A stretch of DNA of 64,000 nt from a virus (taxonomy: Duplodnaviria > Caudoviricetes). Below are positions 16,326-23,891 of the stretch, one piece after another (positions within the stretch are counted from its first letter, which is position 1; each line of letters begins with the position of its first letter). Location: positions 259,679-323,678 of IMG/VR virus record IMGVR_UViG_3300043754_000129; one strand, 5' to 3'. Position numbers and translations under genes: made by a program. The notes beneath the pieces are model-generated. The model ran no database searches. It was not told where the DNA came from and saw only the letters and a program-made list of their open reading frames with translations.

Positions 16326-16508
16326 TCACTGAATCCAGTGGTAGAGAACTTCAGCGCGTCCCAGGTACATGCCCCATACCGCGGCGCTCACCACAATCGC
16401 GACGTAGCGCGGAATCGTGATGACCTTTCGATGCCCCCGCAGTGTCGCGAGGGCGAAACAGACGAGTACAATCGTTGCAATTATGAGTTTATGTTCGAGT
16501 GCGTGCAC
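16326..16508 (-). CDS. Small 2-TM membrane protein
   Basis: 60 aa with two hydrophobic segments; promoter-like motif 28 nt upstream. Confidence 0.65.
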   Translation of the reverse strand: MHALEHKLIIATIVLVCFALATLRGHRKVITIPRYVAIVVSAAVWGMYLGRAEVLYHWIQ

Positions 16509-16535
16509 TTTTGTTCTACCTAATGGTCCAGTTAG

Positions 16536-16564
16536 GTGATATATGGTTGTTTCGTGCTTCAGTC
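16536..16564 (-). promoter_or_regulatory. Degenerate copy of the 29-bp promoter-like motif
   Basis: Minus strand GACTGAAGCACGAAACAACCATATATCAC; 17/29 identity to copy 2 by hand. Confidence 0.35.
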
Positions 16565-16965
16565 TAGCGAGGCGGCAAGCCCGAGAGCTTGTAGCGAATC
16601 AATCCCCGATTCGCGCCTTTAAGCGAAAGGAACATCGTGTCGTTGCCCAAACGCCGTTCGTACTGGTACGGAAGGATCCCGTCCTGCCGATAGATCTGCT
16701 TGTCAAGCAACTGGTGGAGCGTTGCCTCATGCAGCTTGCGAATCCAGGGCACGATCAGTTCGCCGTACTCCTGTTCCTCGCGCTGGATCTTCAGCAGATA
16801 CAGTTCCAGCTTTAAGGCCGCATCCTTAAACTCCCGCAGATGCTCGTACACGTCGCGGATCACCTTGTCCGTGTACTGTTCCTTAAAGCCGTACATTCCC
16901 AGATACGAGTCGATGATACTCACTTCATCGACTGCATCCAGGATAATGATTTCCGGTACTGTCAT
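16564..16965 (-). CDS. Hypothetical protein
   Basis: 133-aa ORF overlapping the upstream stop. Confidence 0.75.
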   Translation of the reverse strand: MTVPEIIILDAVDEVSIIDSYLGMYGFKEQYTDKVIRDVYEHLREFKDAALKLELYLLKIQREEQEYGELIVPWIRKLHEATLHQLLDKQIYRQDGILPYQYERRLGNDTMFLSLKGANRGLIRYKLSGLPPR

Positions 16966-17327
16966 TGCGGCACGTACTGGTACGTTTCCACTGCGCCACC
17001 CGTCGCAGCCGAAAGCACCTTGATTTCGTACTTGTCCGCAAACTTCGCGACCATCTGACCGTCTTCGAATTCCAGGTCACCCACACACACGTGGAACATC
17101 AGGAGCGAGCGCGGGTCAGCGTTCTTCAGATTCGTCGGCAGGCGGACCTTCTTGAACTCCTGAGCACGCTTGGAGCAAGCCTTCAGGTCGAACATGTCGA
17201 TCCCTTCTTTCTTGTCCTCACGCAGGACGTCGCCGTCCATGCCCTCGCGGCCCAAGTAGCCCACGATAATCCCGTCACGCGCAAAAGCAATCTGATAAGA
17301 CATCTTACAAGTCCTCTTACTGGTCAT
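16962..17327 (-). CDS. Hypothetical protein
   Basis: 121-aa ORF; start may be MSYQIA. Confidence 0.7.
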   Translation of the reverse strand: MTSKRTCKMSYQIAFARDGIIVGYLGREGMDGDVLREDKKEGIDMFDLKACSKRAQEFKKVRLPTNLKNADPRSLLMFHVCVGDLEFEDGQMVAKFADKYEIKVLSAATGGAVETYQYVPQ

Positions 17328-17871
17328 CGTAGTCGGTTGCGTAGCCGACGTTGTTGGTTTGACTGATGAAAGCGTTCTCTGCTATCCCGAGGACGGTGAA
17401 GCAGAAGGTGCGCAGATAATTCGTGTAACGTGGGTCTGCACACGTCGCCGTGTAGTATTGCTTGATGCGGTTTAAATCCCACGGCACGAGATCCATCTGG
17501 CTCAGCTCGCGCGTGATCCAGCAGACCACCATGAGTGACATCAAATCCACAAAGGTGGACGAGAACGCCATGTGACCCATCGTGCGACGCGGACCGAACA
17601 CCGAACCACCGGTGCCAAAGAGCAGCTCGACTTCCGCGTTCGGACTCACGCGGCTGAACTTCACATGCGCGAAGCGTTCGCTGATCGCCAGGAAGTACGC
17701 CAAGCCCGTGTCCGTGGGCGGAGGAGGATACGGCGTCGTCTGGAAGTCAAGGCTCGCTCGACCAATCTGGATGTTGCGACTCTGAATGTCCGCAAACACC
17801 GCTTGCATGATCGGCACGAGTTGTAACGACTGGGACCCCGGATACGGATCCATTGCAGGAGGAGTACTCAT
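17317..17871 (-). CDS. Hypothetical protein
   Basis: 184-aa ORF after an AT-rich leader. Confidence 0.75.
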   Translation of the reverse strand: MSTPPAMDPYPGSQSLQLVPIMQAVFADIQSRNIQIGRASLDFQTTPYPPPPTDTGLAYFLAISERFAHVKFSRVSPNAEVELLFGTGGSVFGPRRTMGHMAFSSTFVDLMSLMVVCWITRELSQMDLVPWDLNRIKQYYTATCADPRYTNYLRTFCFTVLGIAENAFISQTNNVGYATDYDDQ

Positions 17872-17952
17872 GGTTTTGTTAGGAGGGGGTTCTTCTCAGA
17901 AGATGAGAGCCCAGTGTAAAAAGTAATACCGTCGGGTATCGTGGTTGGAAAC

Positions 17953-17977
17953 AAAAAAAGAGGGACGCCACCCCTCT
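17953..17977 (-). terminator. Rho-independent terminator
   Basis: AGAGGG/CCCTCT stem plus T7 tract on the minus strand. Confidence 0.7.
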
Positions 17978-18037
17978 ACCCCCGGGTGGGGGCGGTCGTC
18001 TCTCAAAGTCCAGCGAAGTGGTCTCCTCGCGCTGGCA

Positions 18038-18793
18038 TTACCAACCGCGGTAGTAGTACACCGGCGGGCGACGGTAGACCGGACGATATGCCGGCCAGTA
18101 GCCCGTGGCCAATGCGGGCGGAACACCCGGCACTACCACATACGTTGATGCAGGCGGGCCAGGAGGCGGCTCGTAGGCTTCCGGCGGCATCTGGGTATAT
18201 GTGGGTACCGGGCGCGGTGCGTAGACCGGCGGACGGGGCACATAGACCGGCTGCGGCTGCATCTGTTGCGCGACCCATTGCGACGGATCGAAGTTCGGAT
18301 CTTGCACGGCCTGTTGCGGCGTCTGCGGGACCTGTTGGACGTAGACGTTTACAGGGGGTGCAGGCTGTTGAACTGGTCGAGCAGGATACGGCGCCTCATC
18401 CGGTCCGCTTCCATACCCCTGAGCATACGCTGGTTGGCGGCGCGGTTGCGCAGGTATTGTCGTGTAACGGGACTGATCGTCTTGGGCGACGACGCGGGGC
18501 GGCGCGGCGGCTTGCCCAGGGTACCCGGGCGGCAGAGGCGGAGGATTGTTGGCTTGTTCATCGTCTTCCTTCTGGGACTTCTTCCCGTTGTAGTATCCGT
18601 TGCGATACGCGCGGGCCGTGCCCGACATTTTCGCATTGGGGGCTTCCACCGCGCCGTCGTCATTGACGATGGCTTCGTTGGGGTCGAGTGCGGCTTGGTC
18701 CACCGCGGCTTGTTCGTATTGCGAGCGCGGTCCATCAGCCATGGCGAGCAAGCTCGCCGAAGCCAAGGCAACGCCGATTATCAGTCGTTTCAT
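18038..18793 (-). CDS. Secreted Pro/Gln/Tyr-rich low-complexity protein
   Basis: Signal peptide MKRLIIGVALASASLLAMA; GAGGAG RBS; P-Y-rich tail. Confidence 0.8.
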   Translation of the reverse strand: MKRLIIGVALASASLLAMADGPRSQYEQAAVDQAALDPNEAIVNDDGAVEAPNAKMSGTARAYRNGYYNGKKSQKEDDEQANNPPPLPPGYPGQAAAPPRVVAQDDQSRYTTIPAQPRRQPAYAQGYGSGPDEAPYPARPVQQPAPPVNVYVQQVPQTPQQAVQDPNFDPSQWVAQQMQPQPVYVPRPPVYAPRPVPTYTQMPPEAYEPPPGPPASTYVVVPGVPPALATGYWPAYRPVYRRPPVYYYRGW

Positions 18794-18818
18794 CTTGCTC
18801 TCCTCGCGTGATGACATT

Positions 18819-18849
18819 TGACGGCATAAAAGCCGGGCGGCTGCCCGGC
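18819..18849 (-). terminator. Hairpin followed by TTTTATGCCGTCA
   Basis: GCCGGGC/GCCCGGC stem; 13-nt tail identical to that at 45150-45162. Confidence 0.65.
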
Positions 18850-18853
18850 ATCT

Positions 18854-19108
18854 TTAAGCGGTGCGAACCCGGAAGGTCCGCAACTTGTAGCGCACCCCAT
18901 TGATGCGCGCGGCGATCTGCGGATCGCTTTCGAACTTCGGCTTGTATTCTTTAATGAACTGATCCTTCCCGTCCTTCGCGATCGCGTCGTAATCCTGCTG
19001 GGCGGATTCGAAGGCGTAATCGTTCTTGCGAAAGAGTTGACGACCGATGCCCGATGAAATCACCGAGACATCCATCACGTAGCGTCGCTTTCCAAACGTC
19101 GTAGTCAT
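18854..19108 (-). CDS. Hypothetical protein
   Basis: 84-aa ORF ending at the hairpin. Confidence 0.65.
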   Translation of the reverse strand: MTTTFGKRRYVMDVSVISSGIGRQLFRKNDYAFESAQQDYDAIAKDGKDQFIKEYKPKFESDPQIAARINGVRYKLRTFRVRTA

Positions 19109-19168
19109 TGTTTTAGCTCGCCCAGTTCTTGGCCAGGCGAGTCCTTTTATAAAGAGGTGATGCGGAAG

Positions 19169-19504
19169 TCAGCCGTTGTCCTCGTCGTCCTGATCGAGGA
19201 TGTGGTTGCCCGCGACGTCATGCGATTCTTCTTCGAAATCGTTCTCAGCGTTGTCTTGCTGGACGTTCTCGATGGGGACCGTTCCGAAACGGTGGTGGCG
19301 CTCACCTTCGAGCAGACCCGAGTGCTCTTCGGCCTGCGTGCGGCTCATGCCTTGCGAGATGAGTTCCGCGTACTTGTCCGTGGCTTCAACGATGCCCGGC
19401 CAGAAGCACTTCTCGCAGAAGCCCGAGTCTTCCTCGCCGCCGTCGGTGACGACTTCCTGGCAGCCGAACTTGCCGCGGTTGCCTTTGCAGAGACCTTCAC
19501 TCAT
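19169..19504 (-). CDS. Small Cys-motif protein with acidic tail
   Basis: CKG..GC...FCEKC; Asp/Glu-rich C-terminus; GGAGGA RBS. Confidence 0.7.
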   Translation of the reverse strand: MSEGLCKGNRGKFGCQEVVTDGGEEDSGFCEKCFWPGIVEATDKYAELISQGMSRTQAEEHSGLLEGERHHRFGTVPIENVQQDNAENDFEEESHDVAGNHILDQDDEDNG

Positions 19505-19793
19505 GGGTCATCCTCCAGTTCTCAAGTCCGTTGCGAATCGCGATGATTACCACGATCACGGCGACGGGAATGTTGATGATGGGTAGGCACGCTGTGAGGA
19601 ACCACCAGCCCAAGCCCCACTTCATGCTCCAACCTTTATTCGGCAACAGGTTGTATCCGAACTTGGACTGATTGTAACGCCAGGGCTCGCGAATCATCCG
19701 GATGTCTTCGCGGATCAGGACGATGAATACACCCAAGTCCAGCAAGAAGCTAAGCCCCACGTAGCCGACAAAAATCCACTTCCAGATATTCAT
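19497..19793 (-). CDS. 2-TM membrane protein
   Basis: Two hydrophobic segments; AAGGAC RBS. Confidence 0.7.
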   Translation of the reverse strand: MNIWKWIFVGYVGLSFLLDLGVFIVLIREDIRMIREPWRYNQSKFGYNLLPNKGWSMKWGLGWWFLTACLPIINIPVAVIVVIIAIRNGLENWRMTHE

Positions 19794-19804
19794 GTTGTCC
19801 TTAA

Positions 19805-19835
19805 GAAAAAAGAAAGAGAGGCCGAAGCCTCTCCC
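19805..19835 (-). terminator. Rho-independent terminator
   Basis: GAGAGGC-TTCG-GCCTCTC followed by TTTCTTTTTT. Confidence 0.85.
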
Positions 19836-19847
19836 GCACGGATGTGC

Positions 19848-21134
19848 TTAGTTGGCCGTAGCCGTCTGTGCGCCGTTGGTGTTACCCATGGCGACAGTTG
19901 CGTTCGCCAGCCACGAGCACGGAGCCGTGGCAGACGGGTTGGCCAGTTCGTATTGCTGGCAGGCGTACTGCGCTTGCAGGATGGCCGTGTTCGTCGCGTT
20001 CAGCCCGTTGACCGGTTGGCTCGGCGTGGTGTTCAGGTTCGGGGCGATGAACTCCGTATTCACGATGTTCTGTGCGCCCGTGGTGAACGTCCACGTCAGG
20101 TTGACCGGCGAAGCGGTGAAGCTCGCGTTCGTCATGGTGCCCGTCACCTTCACCGTGTACAGCGTATTCGGCTTCAGTTGCAGGAGCGGCACGCATTGCG
20201 CGGCCATGGCAGCTTGCGCGTTCGAGTTGTTGCTCGAGTCGTATTCTGCACAGGGGACGACGAAGCCCGACGAATCGGTGATCGTGAAGGACATGCCCGA
20301 GAACGATGCGTTGTTGTAGCCTTGCATCGTCACCGCGTAGCCCAGCACGCTACCGTGTTCGTTCGTGACGGCACCACCAGCCGGTTGTTCGGCTTCCGTA
20401 TCGGCCCAGGAGGTCGGCACACCGGTCTGACCATTGAACGGCCACACGACGACTTGCGTGTCAGTAGGACGCGCCGAGCAGGGATCGGCGAAGTCGACGT
20501 TCAGGTACTCGGTGTACACGTTGCTGTTATAGAACGCGTTGAAGACTTGAGCACCATTGGCTGAGCCTGCACCGACGTTCTGGTAGCAGTAGAACATGTT
20601 CTCGCGGTGGAACGGCGCGTCGCGCAGTCCCGTGATCGAAAGAACGCTGCCACCGTTTGCCTTCTGGGTGTCGACCACGAAAGCCGAACCCGTGATTTCG
20701 CCGTCAAGCGAAGTCGGGTGTGCTGCCTGAATGCGCTGATCGACGGACGCACCCGTGAAGGTCGGCGGCGAGAGCGATTGCGTTTCGTCGTGGGTGACGA
20801 GGCTCACCGCTGCTTCGTAGTTCGCGTGGTTCTGCGCCGTGGTCGTGAGTGCCGGGAGCGTGGTCAGGACATTCAGGCCCGCTGCCGTGCGAAACGCGTT
20901 CAGGTAGTTGATGCTGTCGGTCGCGAAGTCGCCGCCTTCCGAGAGGCTCGAGAGTGCATTCGCGTTCGGCGAAACCATCGTGATTTCGGTGGCCTGGCCT
21001 GCCGGAGGAGTCGTGCTGCCCGTGGAGGTGCCGCCGCCGGAGCTGCTGGAACCACCGCCACCACCACCGCATGCCGAGAGGAGAAACGCGAAAAGCATCG
21101 CGATAATCGGCAACATGAATTTATCCTTCTTCAT
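19848..21134 (-). CDS. Lipoprotein with CAP (SCP) domain and Ig-like C-terminal domain
   Basis: Lipobox LLSAC + GGGGGG linker; YLNAFRTAAGL, AQNHANY, HDE, GEI, FHREN; Big-like C-terminus (LKPNTLYTVKV...WTFTT). Confidence 0.8.
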   Translation of the reverse strand: MKKDKFMLPIIAMLFAFLLSACGGGGGGSSSSGGGTSTGSTTPPAGQATEITMVSPNANALSSLSEGGDFATDSINYLNAFRTAAGLNVLTTLPALTTTAQNHANYEAAVSLVTHDETQSLSPPTFTGASVDQRIQAAHPTSLDGEITGSAFVVDTQKANGGSVLSITGLRDAPFHRENMFYCYQNVGAGSANGAQVFNAFYNSNVYTEYLNVDFADPCSARPTDTQVVVWPFNGQTGVPTSWADTEAEQPAGGAVTNEHGSVLGYAVTMQGYNNASFSGMSFTITDSSGFVVPCAEYDSSNNSNAQAAMAAQCVPLLQLKPNTLYTVKVTGTMTNASFTASPVNLTWTFTTGAQNIVNTEFIAPNLNTTPSQPVNGLNATNTAILQAQYACQQYELANPSATAPCSWLANATVAMGNTNGAQTATAN

Positions 21135-21206
21135 TTTGGAGTACCCTCTGTCTTGGTTTAGAGTTATGGCGGGGAGCGGAATGCTCCCCTTATGCCGGTC
21201 ATGCGA

Positions 21207-21683
21207 TTACGCGTGGGCTGCGACCGGTTGTTCGACAGCCGGGCCGTTGCGCGAGACGAACGTTTCCAGATCGTTCAGGCAGTAGACGATGTAGAACACC
21301 GTGAAGAAGAACGTGTAGAAACCGTTCAGCTTGTACGAGCGGATGCCCCACGTGTCGATGACGAGCGACTCGAGAGTCTTCTTCGCACCGAATGCCCAGA
21401 CGATGTAGATCACACCCATGGCCAGCGAGAGCAGTACGCCCAGGCCCTGGATGTCGTCGCTTTCGCCGAAGAAACGGCATACGAGCGAGATGATCAGCAT
21501 GACCAGCAGAGTGACGGGCACCCAGCCGGCGATGACTTCCTTACCGACGGCCTCGTTGATCTTGGCCGCGCGCTTGAACAGATAGACGACCGGCCAGATG
21601 CCGACGCCCAGAATGCCCACGATCACGAAGAGCGCGAAGTTGACTTGAGCTGCTGCACGAATGTTCTTTGCGGTTTGCAACAT
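21207..21683 (-). CDS. Multi-TM inner-membrane protein
   Basis: About 4 hydrophobic segments; LNGFYTFFFTVFYIVYCLNDL. Confidence 0.75.
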   Translation of the reverse strand: MLQTAKNIRAAAQVNFALFVIVGILGVGIWPVVYLFKRAAKINEAVGKEVIAGWVPVTLLVMLIISLVCRFFGESDDIQGLGVLLSLAMGVIYIVWAFGAKKTLESLVIDTWGIRSYKLNGFYTFFFTVFYIVYCLNDLETFVSRNGPAVEQPVAAHA

Positions 21684-21743
21684 GATGACACCCCATGGAG
21701 TTTGGTTAATTGTAGTAATAGCGTTGTGCTATTTACCATGGGC

Positions 21744-21772
21744 GTGATATGTGGCTATTTTCGCTTTCAATC
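21744..21772 (-). promoter_or_regulatory. 29-bp promoter-like motif, copy 3
   Basis: Minus strand GATTGAAAGCGAAAATAGCCACATATCAC; 20/29 identity to copy 1 with the same spacing; leader hairpin follows. Confidence 0.55.
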
Positions 21773-21779
21773 CGCTTTT

Positions 21780-22166
21780 TTACGCGTAATGAATCAAGAT
21801 GATTTCTTTGTTGGAGCACCGGCCGGAATAGACGTAATCAAACTTGCCATTCAGGTACAGTCTGTGTTCTTCAAACAGGTTCAGGAAATCCATCCCGAGC
21901 TTATAGACTTCCCCGGCATTGCGCACGGTGAATGCAGCATCGTGACCGTGGTACGCCTCAAGGTGCTTGATCTTATCGGCCAAGGACATGAGTTGGGTGT
22001 GCGCCACGTTCTGATGGTCCAAGCAACTCACGACGCCGTCAATGACTTCGTCGGTATAGCGCTCAAGCGTCAGGTCATCCAGACACAAATCGTTACTGCG
22101 CCAGAGGCGCTGCATCTCGGCGACGCGATCGGGCATAGGGAAGATGATCGTGGATGGAGTTCGCAT
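21780..22166 (-). CDS. Hypothetical protein
   Basis: 128-aa ORF. Confidence 0.65.
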   Translation of the reverse strand: MRTPSTIIFPMPDRVAEMQRLWRSNDLCLDDLTLERYTDEVIDGVVSCLDHQNVAHTQLMSLADKIKHLEAYHGHDAAFTVRNAGEVYKLGMDFLNLFEEHRLYLNGKFDYVYSGRCSNKEIILIHYA

Positions 22167-22168
22167 GG

Positions 22169-22375
22169 TTAATTCAAAACACGGTGACGATCCACGTAAC
22201 GCGAGAGGATGAGCGACTCGGAATGAATGCGATTCTCCGAGGCTTCCAACTCACTGTCGCGAATCAGGTGGACTTGACAGAAAGCACGGCCGAGTGCTTC
22301 GCCGGCTTCCACATGGTGGTCTTTGTGCTGCGCGAAATACTTCTCCTTCCATTCGTGGAAGTCTTCATACGTCAT
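22169..22375 (-). CDS. Small hypothetical protein
   Basis: Protein-like part starts at MTYEDFHEWK; the upstream extension runs through a terminator. Confidence 0.55.
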   Translation of the reverse strand: MTYEDFHEWKEKYFAQHKDHHVEAGEALGRAFCQVHLIRDSELEASENRIHSESLILSRYVDRHRVLN

Positions 22376-22512
22376 GAGACTACGGGGACGCGAAGGAAAG
22401 GGGAGCGTGAACATGCTGATGAAACCGGCAATACTCTCTCGCAGAGAATGACCCACTTTGGTTTTAATTGACGAGAACACTTCGGGTTGTCTCCTTTTTG
22501 TTGACCTAACGG

Positions 22513-22540
22513 AAAAAAAGCCCACACCTCCCGAGGGCGG
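22513..22540 (-). terminator. Probable terminator of the fibre block
   Basis: GC stem followed by T7 on the minus strand, downstream of the 22678 stop. Confidence 0.55.
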
Positions 22541-22677
22541 AAGATGCGGACGTGAATGAAAAGGCAAAGCTGAAAACCAACAAAAGGAACCAAGGAGAGT
22601 TTCGAACTCACTCATGCGGGCGCGCGATCTGAGTGGTCTACTTACTCTCCTCATGAGATACCCCCGGGCGATAACTT

Positions 22678-23880
22678 TTAACTAGACCAAGAAGTCTCGA
22701 TCTGAGACGGCTCAGCCAGCGTCGTTGTAATCGGGTCGCCCAGTACTTCCATCGTGACGGCTGTCACGGTAATAACCTGCTGCTTGTGCGTGAGCACTTG
22801 ACCGGCAATAGCTCTGGCAGTCGAACCGGTAATGGGTTTGACAATCAGGAACGATTGAATGCCCTTGGTGGTCAGTCCACCCGAGGCGCGAATCATGATC
22901 GAGGTGTTCACCGCGTACGACTGCATCATGGGCTTCGGTTTCAGGATCACCTGTGCGGTCGTTGCGAAGTTCATCATCCCCGTCACGCCACTACCGTTAC
23001 AGAGCACCTGGCCTCGGATCGCCATCGCTTTGGCACTGGGCTTTTGTTGAGTCAGCACCTGACCCTTAATCGCCATGGCCTTTGCGGTCTTGACCCCTGA
23101 GACCATCACCTGACCTGCCACCCCTTGCAGTGTTGCCGAAGGCGGCATGGTCGCCAGTACCTGAGCCTGCACGTTCTGCACTATCAGCTTGCTCGGGACA
23201 GCAACCAACACCTGCCCGCCCGTACCCAGGGAGCTTGCACTGCGATACCCGTTGGATACCAGCACCTGCCCGCCGATCGCCTGTGTCTGGGTGGAAGGCG
23301 GAGACGCTGCCACCACCTGACCCGTCACGGCTTGCACCGTCAGACTCCGTGCTGTCTTCAGAGTCGTGAGGATCTGACCCGTGATAGCACGCGCTACTGC
23401 CGAGCTCTTCTGGGTCGCCACCACTTGACCAGTGACTGCCTGCACAGTGATCTTGGGAGCAGGGGCCGCGATGAGGACCTGGCCACCAATGGCCGAAGAC
23501 TGCGCCGCCGTGAGCGTACTGCCCACAAGCACCTGACCACCAACACCAGCGAGAGAGGACGACGGGATACCACCCGCGAGTGCTTGCGCCTGCACATTCA
23601 CCACCGTGAGCGCTGCCTTCTTCGAGAGCAGTACCTGTCCGCCAATCCCCTTCGCACCCACGGGCTGAGGTGGTAAGCCCACCATCACCTGTGCCTGCAC
23701 GGACTGTGCTTTCAACCCCGGAATAGCGGTTGTCATCACTTGCGCGCGAACCGATTGCGCTTTGAGTCCGGGCAGGGTGCCTACCATTACCTGACCACGC
23801 ACAGCTTGAGCCGTCATCGCGGGTTTGCTACCAACCAACGCTTGCCCGCGTACAGCTTGTACCTGAATGCTCGTAGTCAC
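22678..23880 (-). CDS. Repeat protein with about 22 tandem 17-18-aa beta repeats; putative fibre shaft
   Basis: Recurrent (A/Q)(V/I)xGQV(L/M) unit along the whole length, ending TAVTMEVLGD. Confidence 0.8.
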   Translation of the reverse strand: MTTSIQVQAVRGQALVGSKPAMTAQAVRGQVMVGTLPGLKAQSVRAQVMTTAIPGLKAQSVQAQVMVGLPPQPVGAKGIGGQVLLSKKAALTVVNVQAQALAGGIPSSSLAGVGGQVLVGSTLTAAQSSAIGGQVLIAAPAPKITVQAVTGQVVATQKSSAVARAITGQILTTLKTARSLTVQAVTGQVVAASPPSTQTQAIGGQVLVSNGYRSASSLGTGGQVLVAVPSKLIVQNVQAQVLATMPPSATLQGVAGQVMVSGVKTAKAMAIKGQVLTQQKPSAKAMAIRGQVLCNGSGVTGMMNFATTAQVILKPKPMMQSYAVNTSIMIRASGGLTTKGIQSFLIVKPITGSTARAIAGQVLTHKQQVITVTAVTMEVLGDPITTTLAEPSQIETSWSS

Positions 23881-23891
23881 GGCTAGACTCC

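Noticed and set aside
4192-21720. TATTAC hexamers (4192, ~17923, ~21715) resembling phiKZ early/middle promoter cores
   Set aside because: Short AT-rich matches inside AT-rich spacers, one of them within a hairpin. They cannot be distinguished from chance by eye.
22590-22660. tRNA gene
   Set aside because: A T-loop-like TTCGAAA is present, but no acceptor stem, D-arm or anticodon arm could be built.
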